Shown piece after piece: positions 7,568 through 15,999 of a stretch of DNA of 55,877 nt (its first letter is position 1; each line of letters starts with the position of its first letter). Source of the stretch: Candidatus Fraserbacteria bacterium. Its GTDB lineage: Bacteria; Bipolaricaulota; Bipolaricaulia; RBG-16-55-9. The stretch lies in contig JBBIPG010000006.1 of assembly GCA_037442925.1 (NCBI GenBank), positions 1 to 55,877 of the forward strand, in the 5' to 3' direction. Both the position numbers and the translations under genes were made by a program. The notes below the pieces were generated by a model, which worked only from the letters and a program-made list of their open reading frames with translations, did no database searches and was not told the DNA's origin.

Positions 7568-8407
7568 TCATCGCTCACGTAGGGCCTGCAGCCGGGGCAA
7601 CAGCGCTGTCGCCTCCTGCCAGGCACGCTCGAAATCCGCTTCCAGTCCATGAGGCAACAACGGTCGCAGGTTCTGCTCCCAATCTCGTTCGTATTCCTCG
7701 CGGTCTTTCAGCGCGAAGTCCATGGGGATTCCCTTGATGCCACACTTCGCAGGCAAGGCTTCAAGCGCTCGGCTCACCTGCACACCGTGAGCGAGTAGCC
7801 AATGGAGATCAAAGAGATCTTTGCTGATCGCATAGGCACGTTGCGCGTAAAGCGCACGCACCTTCTCCGCCAGGATCTCTTCGAGCGTGTAGACCGTGGC
7901 CTGCACCGTTCCGAACACCTCGCTGTCCGAGTAGTCGTGGAGCAACGGCCGTGTCTGCACCGGAAAGACGAGGCGCTCGCTTCGATTGAGATCTAAGATG
8001 ATAGCAACCGGTGAGCCCCGTTCCCGGACCGGCCCCCGATAATACAAGCGAACGCGATAGGTCTCCTGTCCGTACGTATCGTCGACTGTCTCAATACGAA
8101 GGGGAGCCGCCGTAAGCGAAAGACCCGAAGCGGCCTCGGCGGAGAGCATCCCGTCTTGAAGATGTTCTAGCAATGAGGACGGCGACAAGGGTTTCGGCAA
8201 TGTAAAATCGAGATCGACGGAGAAGCGAAAGTTCGGGAAGTAGACTTTCTTGAGGCACGTTCCACCCTTGAAGATGAGTCTCTTTTGAAGTTCACGGCCT
8301 CTGAACAGCCCCCACAGCACCCAACTCAACACGTAGTCTCGCTCCAGGATCTCCAAGGGGATTCCTTCACGGCTCGCCCGCCGTTGCAACTCCGCCCGAT
8401 CGATCAT
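7568..8407 (-). CDS. abiEii: Type IV TA toxin, AbiEii nucleotidyltransferase
   Basis: 'LERDYVL', 'FKGGTCLKKVY...RFSVDLDF', 'EILAEK', 'KDLFDL' motifs. Confidence 0.93.
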   Translation of the reverse strand: MIDRAELQRRASREGIPLEILERDYVLSWVLWGLFRGRELQKRLIFKGGTCLKKVYFPNFRFSVDLDFTLPKPLSPSSLLEHLQDGMLSAEAASGLSLTAAPLRIETVDDTYGQETYRVRLYYRGPVRERGSPVAIILDLNRSERLVFPVQTRPLLHDYSDSEVFGTVQATVYTLEEILAEKVRALYAQRAYAISKDLFDLHWLLAHGVQVSRALEALPAKCGIKGIPMDFALKDREEYERDWEQNLRPLLPHGLEADFERAWQEATALLPRLQALRER

Positions 8408-9249
8408 CAGTGACCTCGCCAGGAGAGAAGCGCCTTAGGATCTCGATTGATCCTAAGACGCCAACGCGTGTGGATCGCGCCCGTGCGCGGCCCGTTGGGG
8501 TCCAACAGGGAGATGCCCCGCGATATTTGACGATGCCAACGCTCCAAACAGTGATCCCTTTGGGGAATTTCAAGCTGCAAGGTCTCTACCAGATATCCCA
8601 GACGTTTGAATACCGTCTGATTCTCCATCTTCTCTGCATATTCTTCTAAACGATCAAAGTCGAGTTGCGAACCGGCATTCCAGAGCGCCTTGGCTACCTC
8701 CACAATTCCACCGCAGTACTCCGGGTGATCCAGGCCATCGAGCACGGTCTTCTCCCGATCGGTGATCGGCACTCGATGGTTGCCCAGCCAGAAGCGACGG
8801 ATGCCGATGAATTTCTTCTCGAGGACGGTGATGATTTGGACGCGAATACCCAAATACTCCTGCTTCCGTTGGCGGACGCGCTTGGGAGTCATTACGAAGA
8901 CGGTGTGAGGCAGCTGCTCGCTGAGGTTCCAGTGCATCAACGCCGACCAGTAGGCTATGGCGGAGGGCTGTATGATTTGGGTCGCGAGCACCAGGCCCTC
9001 GATGGACCAATGACGCTCGATCCCCGCTTCGAGTGGGACAAGCAAATAGCTGCCCTTCTCGATCCGCCTGATCCACCCCCCACGCCCCAGACGGCTGAGC
9101 AACACCCGCAGCGAATTCCTGTCGGTCCACTTCAGGATCGCTTGCGCGTCTTCGATGGTGAACAGCTGTTGACCCGATTCGGCCAACCGAAGGATCAACT
9201 CCAACCCTTGCCCGGACAAGCCTCTTATTACATTCTGTGTGCTCATCAT
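8407..9249 (-). CDS. abiEi: Type IV TA antitoxin, AbiEi family (start probably ATG 9249 or 9246 rather than 9288)
   Basis: N-terminal wHTH 'GWIRRIEKGSYLL'; 'IAYWSALMHWNL', 'ITDREKTVLD', 'KRLGYL'; coupled to abiEii. Confidence 0.9.
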   Translation of the reverse strand: MMSTQNVIRGLSGQGLELILRLAESGQQLFTIEDAQAILKWTDRNSLRVLLSRLGRGGWIRRIEKGSYLLVPLEAGIERHWSIEGLVLATQIIQPSAIAYWSALMHWNLSEQLPHTVFVMTPKRVRQRKQEYLGIRVQIITVLEKKFIGIRRFWLGNHRVPITDREKTVLDGLDHPEYCGGIVEVAKALWNAGSQLDFDRLEEYAEKMENQTVFKRLGYLVETLQLEIPQRDHCLERWHRQISRGISLLDPNGPRTGAIHTRWRLRINRDPKALLSWRGH

Positions 9250-9285
9250 TAACACTTTTGCTAATTTAGTGCACACAAAATATAA
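9228..9285. promoter_or_regulatory. Inverted repeat across the abiEi start, probable AbiEi operator
   Basis: TTACATTCTGTGTGC (9228-9242) and GCACACAAAATATAA (9271-9285) are complementary at 13/15 positions. AbiEi proteins are known to autorepress via promoter inverted repeats. Confidence 0.6.
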
Positions 9286-9303
9286 CACACGGCCAGCGAA
9301 TCG

Positions 9304-10104
9304 TCAACAGCCCGATAGTCCCTTCGAAAGCACACCCTGAGATTTCACGACCTCCACCATTCCAAAGCCCATCGAGTTCTTCTCCCCAAAGCCCGCTTCA
9401 TAGCCCACTTCAATCAACTCCGGGTTCCCTTCGACCAACCACGGCGCGAAGATCCCTTTAATTCTCGTCCCCCTAAAATCAATCAGCTTGTACACTTGCC
9501 CTCCTCGCCTGCGAATATAAGACTCATCAAAAGTGATCGCCAATTCTGAGCAAGCAAGAGTTTCGCCATAAATCAATTCATACTTCTTCACAAGATTGGC
9601 CCGTACGGCCTCAGAAAACCCCGGCTCATCGTGGCGATAGTAGTGCGCCATCAACTTCCCGTCGTGCTCTACGGCACGAGATACCACCAGAGGCGATAGA
9701 CAGATGAACTTCATCCGTTCCGAAAACTCCGGTAACGGAAGCGTCTCAATGCGTTCGATCTGCAACGGAACTCCCGCTAGCTGAACTCGCCCCTGACTCA
9801 AAAGCCCCTGCGCCAGATGCTCCACAAATTCGCTCACCGGCGAGGAGATCTGCCATGCAATCTTCGGCCCTACCGAAACGATCTGCGGCGGCTCCAACTG
9901 AAATCTCTCAAAGTCAAGCTGCGAGTACGTGAAAAGCTTAAAACGCCTCGACCCCATGCGATAGCCCTCATCATGGAGAAACGTGGAGTAATCTTTGGAA
10001 GAACGCTCGAGCAGCCCATAGATGAGCGACGTGAGATGATAATTATAGTTGATGGGCAGGCGCACAGGTGCCCGTAACGCCGACAACTCCACACGAATGC
10101 GCAA
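9304..10104 (-). CDS. cas6: CRISPR endoribonuclease Cas6 (likely TTG start at 10104)
   Basis: 'LPINYNY', 'LHDEGY...FKLFTYS', and the C-terminal G-rich loop 'GFGEKNSMGFG'. Confidence 0.95.
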   Translation of the reverse strand: MRIRVELSALRAPVRLPINYNYHLTSLIYGLLERSSKDYSTFLHDEGYRMGSRRFKLFTYSQLDFERFQLEPPQIVSVGPKIAWQISSPVSEFVEHLAQGLLSQGRVQLAGVPLQIERIETLPLPEFSERMKFICLSPLVVSRAVEHDGKLMAHYYRHDEPGFSEAVRANLVKKYELIYGETLACSELAITFDESYIRRRGGQVYKLIDFRGTRIKGIFAPWLVEGNPELIEVGYEAGFGEKNSMGFGMVEVVKSQGVLSKGLSGC

Positions 10105-10106
10105 GA

Positions 10107-10436
10107 CTAGATGCGTTCTTTCTTGAGCGACTCTGAAGATTTCAAACCGCGAAGTGATCGAGTCGAAGGACGCCGCTCCACCCAATCCATGAACGCAAAG
10201 ATTGGCTTGAAGGGCAGAACCAAGAAGTCGGCCACATCCAGCGAGGCAAGTTGTCGAGAAAAGGGACTCGTATTCCAGCCCTCTTCTCGGTGCTTGAGCC
10301 TCGCCTCCCTAAGATGCATTCGATACGGCTTGCTCAAAAGCACATAGGGCAGAAGCCATAACGCCGCGGCCAGATAGATCAGCAGGACGAGTGGAAATGT
10401 CAGAGTGGCAAAACCAACCTCTAGCCCGCGCTTCAC
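10107..10436 (-). CDS. Small hypothetical membrane protein, possibly a 5'-frameshifted remnant
   Basis: Hydrophobic stretch 'LTFPLVLLIYLAAALWLLPYVLL'; it ends 2 nt before cas6. An upstream GGAGGAG+ATG near 10546 runs into an early stop. Confidence 0.35.
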   Translation of the reverse strand: MKRGLEVGFATLTFPLVLLIYLAAALWLLPYVLLSKPYRMHLREARLKHREEGWNTSPFSRQLASLDVADFLVLPFKPIFAFMDWVERRPSTRSLRGLKSSESLKKERI

Positions 10437-10635
10437 ATGCGCGGTAGAGATTCTTAGTCCTTGCCCACTGGTGAAGCTTTTGAGGGCACGTCTTAGCAGT
10501 TCACTGGCTACAACTACGGCTACCCCTAGAGCAATGATCTCCCCATGGGGAACTCCTCCCCGGGAGCGTCGCTCATCCGGCGTTCCCAGAATCTACAGTA
10601 TACTTTCAGAATGCCACACTTCCAAATGATCGGAG

Positions 10636-11037
10636 TCAGTCCCCCAACGAGGGAGCGTCACTTGTGGTCACTCTCCCCGCTTGGGGCACCGCAAGCTCAG
10701 CTTGCTGCTGCCAGCGAGCTCGCACCATTCGCCAGAGGTTGATCGGCTGAAGGATGGGCAAAAGTACCCATGAGAAGAATGTGGCGATCCACCCGGCGTA
10801 GACGTTGATGGAAGCCACTTCCAAGCCCTGTGCTTGAAAATACTTTTTCACTCGTAGATCAGGGTGGAGATTGGGCTCGTAATCGCTGGGCACAAGGCTC
10901 TTGACATATTCGCGATACCGCTTGTGCGCACAACCCCCAATCGTCACCGGGTTCTTGCTCTTTAGCTCCAGCACCGTGCCCAGCACATCCAAGCCCATGA
11001 GCACGCTGTTTCCAATATCGTAGACTTTCACGTTCAT
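10636..11037 (-). CDS. Hypothetical protein with one hydrophobic segment
   Basis: 133-aa ORF with an upstream AAGGAG; no recognised family. Confidence 0.5.
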   Translation of the reverse strand: MNVKVYDIGNSVLMGLDVLGTVLELKSKNPVTIGGCAHKRYREYVKSLVPSDYEPNLHPDLRVKKYFQAQGLEVASINVYAGWIATFFSWVLLPILQPINLWRMVRARWQQQAELAVPQAGRVTTSDAPSLGD

Positions 11038-11205
11038 GCTCTTGCTCTTCGTTCTCCTTCAGTCAGGGTTTTCGTTGATGTCCGCAAGTGTACTGAATGA
11101 ATCGGGCGCCTGCCATGACATAGATCAATTTCAAGCGTGATATGGATCATTCTCAAGACCCGGCTGACTTGTTATCTTCTCACTTAAGAATCGCTCTGCC
11201 TGCGT

Positions 11206-11234
11206 TTGATAAAGGAGTGGCTTTTTGTTATATT
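11206..11234 (+). promoter_or_regulatory. Sigma70-type promoter of the ATPase operon
   Basis: TTGATA-17 nt-TATATT with a TGn extended -10. Confidence 0.5.
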
Positions 11235-11303
11235 GAGCCATCACCCGATTCTTTAACTCTGGGAGGGACAATCTCACAGTCGAAGCATTCAAAAGCAACT
11301 CCT

Positions 11304-11672
11304 ATGGCGAAAGCAAAAGCGGAAAACGCCGAACGAGAAGAGAAGAAGAGCCCGGAGGAGCGCTTCCAAGAACTGGTCGCCATCCGCGATAAAGAGAAGG
11401 AGATTGAGCACGCGCTGGAAGCCGCCCGCACTCAGGCGCAAAAGCGCTTGGAAGAGATCGAGCACGAGATTCAGGCCAGACGCGCCCAAGTCGAGCGCCA
11501 AACCCGCGAGGAGGTCGAACGCCTCAAGGCACAAGCCACCCGCGAAGCCGAAGAAGAAGCCAAGAAACTCATGGCCCAGGCAGAAGCCGAAGCTCAAGAG
11601 ATCCAGCGCAAGGCGAGCGAACGGGTGCAAGGGCTTATCTCCAAGCTCAAGAAAGAACTCCTGGTGAGTTGA
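11304..11672 (+). CDS. V/A-type ATP synthase subunit H/G (peripheral stalk)
   Basis: E/A/K/R-rich coiled coil at the head of the operon; start set at MAKAKAE. Confidence 0.75.
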   Translation: MAKAKAENAEREEKKSPEERFQELVAIRDKEKEIEHALEAARTQAQKRLEEIEHEIQARRAQVERQTREEVERLKAQATREAEEEAKKLMAQAEAEAQEIQRKASERVQGLISKLKKELLVS

Positions 11673-11678
11673 ACGACC

Positions 11679-13661
11679 ATGATCCGGGCGATGAAGCGGG
11701 TCTATCTGCTCTACACCCAAGACCGCCAGCACGAACTCGTCAGTCGACTCCAGAAACTGGGAGTGCTCCATCTCGAGGAATCCAAACTGGAAGATGCCTC
11801 CGAGCCTCTTGCTGACAGCAAGGCTGCAGAGGAGCGTCGACGAGTAGAGAACCTTCTCATTAAGGCCCGCGGCATACTCGATCTCTTCTGCGAAGTCGAT
11901 CCCCAGCTCTTACATGTCAAGCCAGAGCAGAAGGTGAGGCCAACCCTGCGCATGGAGCAGCTCTCGCAGGCGTTCCGGGAAGAGTTGGAATCCCTCGAGG
12001 GGCGTCTTAAGACACTCGTGGCAGAACGCCGAGACCTTCGTGATCGCCAGGCAGCCGCGGAGCGGTTCCACGAGGTCATCCATGTTAGTGATACGCTTCT
12101 GAAGGACCTGCCTACAGATGGTCACGAGATCGTGGCCACCCTCGGTGAGGCCAAAGATGAGCAGCAGATTGCAGAGATCCAGAGGACACTCCAGGCACAA
12201 ATCCCCGGTCGTTTTAAGCTCGCTTCACAAGGGCTATCGGAAGATCGCGTGGAGATCCTCGTGAGCGTCCATCCCGAATACGCTCCGGCCGTTCGCGAGT
12301 ACCTGGAAGCCAAGGGACTCCGACCGGTGGCTCTGCCCCCGCATATCGAGGTGGACTTTGCCCGCGGGATCGCTCAACTCCGCTCGGAAGAGATGACCTT
12401 GCCGCTACGTATTCAAGAGATCGAGCGCGCGCTACGAGAGCTGGCAACGCAACACGCAAGTCCAATGGTCTCCCTGACGACGCAGCTCGACAATCGCCTC
12501 GCTCAGCTCGATGCCGCCACCCACTTTGGTTACACGCGCTATACGTTGCTCATCTCCGGGTGGCTTCCTGCTGATGAGCTGAAGGATTTTCAAGCCACAC
12601 TCACGCGCGAATTCCCCGGCATCATCATCCGGCAAGACCCAACCGAGCCGGACTATGAAGAGATCCCCGTGGCGCTTCGGCAACGCAAGTGGGCCAAACC
12701 CTACCAGCTCTTTTTGAACGCCTTCGGGACACCCAAACACGGCAGCGTCGATCCCGTACCGTACATCAGTATCTTCTTTCCCATCTTCTTCGGGGTGATC
12801 CTGGGTGACATCGGCTATGGCTTCATCATTCTGGCTCTCGCGTTGTGGGGGCGTGCTGGCTTCCCCGGCCTCAAGATTGCGGCTCTTAAGAAGCTCGCCC
12901 GTTCAGAAGGCGGACGAAGCGCTCTCAGAATCCTGCGCGATGGTGGCGTGGCCACCATGCTCTTTGGCCTTCTTTTTGGAGAAGTATTCGGTCTGGAACC
13001 CCTGCGTCAATGGCACATCGTTCCCGAAGATTCCCTCTGGCCTTTCAGCCGCCTGCACCATTCCATTGACCTTTTGATCTTCACCGTGGCGCTCGGAGCC
13101 GTACAAGTTCTCTTGGGCTTCCTCTTCGGCATCGTCATTGCCCTACGCCATCGCGATACGAAACACTTGATGGCCAAGATCGGACTCCTTCTGGCCCTCT
13201 TTGCCGTGGCCCTCATGGTAGGATCTCTTATGAAGATCCTCCCCGAGGGCATGATGCCGGGGGTCATTCTCCTGGTGATCGCGTTGCCCTTCTTGACGTA
13301 CGGGGGCGGAGTGGTCGTCATTATCGAGGCCCTCAGCCCATTTATCCATGTGCTGTCGTATGCTCGTATTATGGGCTTCGCCATAGCCGGCGTTGTGTTG
13401 GCATCGCTCATCAACAGCCTCGTAGCCAACGACATTGCCGGAGGGCTGGGCGCCATGGGAAGTATTGTCCTAGGGATCATCCTTGGGGCGATCGTAGCCA
13501 TAGCTCTTCACACCGTCAACTTCGCGCTCCACGTCTTCGAGGGCTCGATTCAATCAGCTCGTCTTCATTGGGTAGAGTTCTTTCAGAAATTCATCTTGGA
13601 GCACTTGGGTGGAAAACCCTATCGGCCCTTCAAGGAGAAAGAGTATTCCATCGAACCATAA
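11679..13661 (+). CDS. ntpI: V/A-type ATP synthase subunit I
   Basis: 'FFGVILGDIGYG', 'LSYARI', 'RLHWVEFF..F...GG..YRPF'. Confidence 0.95.
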   Translation: MIRAMKRVYLLYTQDRQHELVSRLQKLGVLHLEESKLEDASEPLADSKAAEERRRVENLLIKARGILDLFCEVDPQLLHVKPEQKVRPTLRMEQLSQAFREELESLEGRLKTLVAERRDLRDRQAAAERFHEVIHVSDTLLKDLPTDGHEIVATLGEAKDEQQIAEIQRTLQAQIPGRFKLASQGLSEDRVEILVSVHPEYAPAVREYLEAKGLRPVALPPHIEVDFARGIAQLRSEEMTLPLRIQEIERALRELATQHASPMVSLTTQLDNRLAQLDAATHFGYTRYTLLISGWLPADELKDFQATLTREFPGIIIRQDPTEPDYEEIPVALRQRKWAKPYQLFLNAFGTPKHGSVDPVPYISIFFPIFFGVILGDIGYGFIILALALWGRAGFPGLKIAALKKLARSEGGRSALRILRDGGVATMLFGLLFGEVFGLEPLRQWHIVPEDSLWPFSRLHHSIDLLIFTVALGAVQVLLGFLFGIVIALRHRDTKHLMAKIGLLLALFAVALMVGSLMKILPEGMMPGVILLVIALPFLTYGGGVVVIIEALSPFIHVLSYARIMGFAIAGVVLASLINSLVANDIAGGLGAMGSIVLGIILGAIVAIALHTVNFALHVFEGSIQSARLHWVEFFQKFILEHLGGKPYRPFKEKEYSIEP

Positions 13662-13694
13662 ACTCGCACCGACGAGGGAGGAGGATGTGTAGTT

Positions 13695-14018
13695 ATGCAC
13701 ATGCAGACGATCAAGCGAATCGGGATGGCGATTCTGATCTTCAACGCCATCTTGGTAGGACTGGCTGTGTATGGCTGGGCACAGGAGGCAGCGACCACCG
13801 GCGGCGGACTGACAGACTCTGGCATGAAGACCATCGGTGCCGGCCTCGCTTTCTTGGGAGGCGCCATCGGCACAGGCATGGCTCAGTCTCGGATCATCGC
13901 CGCGGTGTTGGGAGCGGTCGCCGAAGATCCCGGGCAGCTGGGGTTCGGCATCTTCTTGATCGCTTTCCCGGAGACGTTGGTCATCTTGGGCTTCGTCATG
14001 GCCTTCATCTTGCGCTGA
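13695..14018 (+). CDS. ntpK: V/A-type ATP synthase proteolipid subunit K/c
   Basis: Single hairpin 'GTGMAQ...AVAEDP...FPETLVILG' preceded by a signal-like N-terminal helix. Confidence 0.93.
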   Translation: MHMQTIKRIGMAILIFNAILVGLAVYGWAQEAATTGGGLTDSGMKTIGAGLAFLGGAIGTGMAQSRIIAAVLGAVAEDPGQLGFGIFLIAFPETLVILGFVMAFILR

Positions 14019-14025
14019 AGAGCTC

Positions 14026-14607
14026 ATGGAACTCCTGAAAAAGATCGACGAGGAGGGCAAGAGGCAAGCCCAGAGCATTCTGGATGAGGCGGAAGCCAAA
14101 GCCCGGCAACGCTTGGCAGAAGCAGAACAGCAAATTCAAGCATGGCGTGAGGAACATCTCAAGCATGCCCAGCAAGAGATCGAGAGCGAAAAGCGGCTCA
14201 TCTTGAGCCGTGCTCGAGCCCGCGCGCGCGAAACCGTGCTGCGCGCCAAAGGTCAAGCGGCCGAGAAACTCTTCGAACAGCTCTCCCGTGATGTCACAGG
14301 TCTTCGCTCAGATCCGAGCACGTATCGTGCATTTCTGGCTCATTGTCTTAAAGAGACCGAACGCGAGATCCCCGGCCCCTTGGTGCTTCAGATCGATCCC
14401 CAAGATGAGTCGCTCGTGCGAGAAATAATTCGAGGCACTTCACACACCATTGGCGAGAAGATCAAGATGCTCGGAGGCTTCATCGCCACCAATCAACGCG
14501 GCGATCTGCTCATCGATAATCGGCTGGAGACGAGGATTGCCAACCTGCGCCAGCACTATCGCCCGGAGCTGAGCCAGGCCCTTTTTGACCGAGCGAAGCC
14601 CGACTAA
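14026..14607 (+). CDS. ntpE: V/A-type ATP synthase subunit E
   Basis: Coiled-coil N-terminus, 'LGGFI...IDNRLETR', operon position. Confidence 0.9.
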   Translation: MELLKKIDEEGKRQAQSILDEAEAKARQRLAEAEQQIQAWREEHLKHAQQEIESEKRLILSRARARARETVLRAKGQAAEKLFEQLSRDVTGLRSDPSTYRAFLAHCLKETEREIPGPLVLQIDPQDESLVREIIRGTSHTIGEKIKMLGGFIATNQRGDLLIDNRLETRIANLRQHYRPELSQALFDRAKPD

Positions 14608-14608
14608 A

Positions 14609-15691
14609 ATGTCTTACGAGTACCTCAATACACGCCTGCGCTTCATGACTGTAAAGCTGCTCACTCCGGAGCAGTTTAAGTCGCTCATGGAGCTGCGCCA
14701 TCTCGACGAGATGATCAACGCACTGGCCGAGACCGATTATGGACCCGAGATCGAGAAGAGTGCCGTGGAATACTCGGGCTATCCTCTGGTGGAGAATGCC
14801 CTCGTCCAGCATGTCCAGCGCGTCTTCAGCAAGCTCTATCGCATGGCTTTCGACGATGCGCGGGTTCTCATGCGCGTTCTCTTGGAACGCTTTGAGGTTT
14901 TTAATCTAAAGACGATCCTGCGCGGCTTTCACGTCGGCACGGACCCGGAGGAGACGGCTTTGGGGCTCTTTCCCACGATCCTCTATCCCACAGCCTTCTA
15001 TGGGGAGCTTCTCAAGCGCGATGGGATCTCTTCCGTCATCGACTATCTATTGAGCGCAGGAAATCGCTACTATCGGCCTCTCTCCGCAGCGCATCCGGAG
15101 TACGAAGCGAGTGGGAAGCTGGCCGTGCTGGAGAGCGCCATCGATACGTTCTATTTCCAAGGCTCACGGCAGACCTTGCAGGCCATCGGCGATGAGAACG
15201 CCACTCTCGTCCGTCAGACCCTGGGCACAGAGACGGACATCCACAATCTGGAATATGCGCTCCGCGTCGTGGAAGCAGGAGTAGAATCCGAGGAGAAATA
15301 CAGATATATTCTCAAAGGCGGCGAGCGCCTCGATGAGGAATTCATCCGAGAGCTACTGAACTGTCCCGACAAGCCCTCGTTTGTCCGTAAACTTATGGGC
15401 ACGTACTACCAGAAGAAGTTGGGTGAGATCGAAGAGACCATCACGGCCAATGAATTTGAGGAACGGCTTGAGAATCTGCTCTATCAAGAGAGTTGCAAGC
15501 TTGATCCCGGACGCCTCTTCGATATCCATCTGGCTTCCGTCTATATTTGGAGGGTGAACGTGGAAGTGACCAACTTGAGGGTGCTTGCTATGGGCCTTTG
15601 GAGGCAAGCCCCTTGGGCAGAGGTCGATAAGCGCCTCATCTGGGTGGAGGGAATGATGCCGGAGCGAGAGGCCATACGAAGCGCCCTATGA
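14609..15691 (+). CDS. ntpC: V/A-type ATP synthase subunit C
   Basis: 'YEYLNTRLR...KLL', 'NLKTILRG', 'EVTNLR'. Confidence 0.92.
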   Translation: MSYEYLNTRLRFMTVKLLTPEQFKSLMELRHLDEMINALAETDYGPEIEKSAVEYSGYPLVENALVQHVQRVFSKLYRMAFDDARVLMRVLLERFEVFNLKTILRGFHVGTDPEETALGLFPTILYPTAFYGELLKRDGISSVIDYLLSAGNRYYRPLSAAHPEYEASGKLAVLESAIDTFYFQGSRQTLQAIGDENATLVRQTLGTETDIHNLEYALRVVEAGVESEEKYRYILKGGERLDEEFIRELLNCPDKPSFVRKLMGTYYQKKLGEIEETITANEFEERLENLLYQESCKLDPGRLFDIHLASVYIWRVNVEVTNLRVLAMGLWRQAPWAEVDKRLIWVEGMMPEREAIRSAL

Positions 15692-15999
15692 AACCTGTGA
15701 TTGTCGCCGCAAGCGATCTGGTCGATGGATTCCGGCTTGCCGGGATTCCCGTCTTTGAGCTCAATGAAGAGCGCAATGTGCCTGAGATCATTCAAGCGAT
15801 CTTGCAGATGCCGGACGCAGGCATCGTTCTAGTTGATGAGCGCTACATGGAGCACTTTGAGAAGGCGTTTGCGGGGCGAGACTTGCCCATGGTGGCCTCG
15901 TTCCCTGCCGAAGAGGTTCAACGCGAAGAATCGTACATGGATGAACTGACGCTGCGCTATCTAGGACAGAAGATCCATGTGGAGGGAGAGAGCGAATGA
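15688..15999 (+). CDS. ntpF: V/A-type ATP synthase subunit F
   Basis: 103 aa, 'GFRLAG', 'GIVLVDE'. Confidence 0.9.
   Translation: MKPVIVAASDLVDGFRLAGIPVFELNEERNVPEIIQAILQMPDAGIVLVDERYMEHFEKAFAGRDLPMVASFPAEEVQREESYMDELTLRYLGQKIHVEGESE

Noticed and set aside
7373..9280. Shared ACACAAAA/GTGCAC words in both TA promoters suggesting cross-regulation
   Set aside because: Too short and differently arranged to distinguish from chance.
10105..10185. Longer cas6 start at 10185
   Set aside because: Overlaps the upstream ORF; Cas6 similarity begins at (M)RIRVEL, 10104.
11142..11303. N-terminal extension of ATPase subunit H
   Set aside because: Spans the predicted promoter; the coiled coil starts at 11304.
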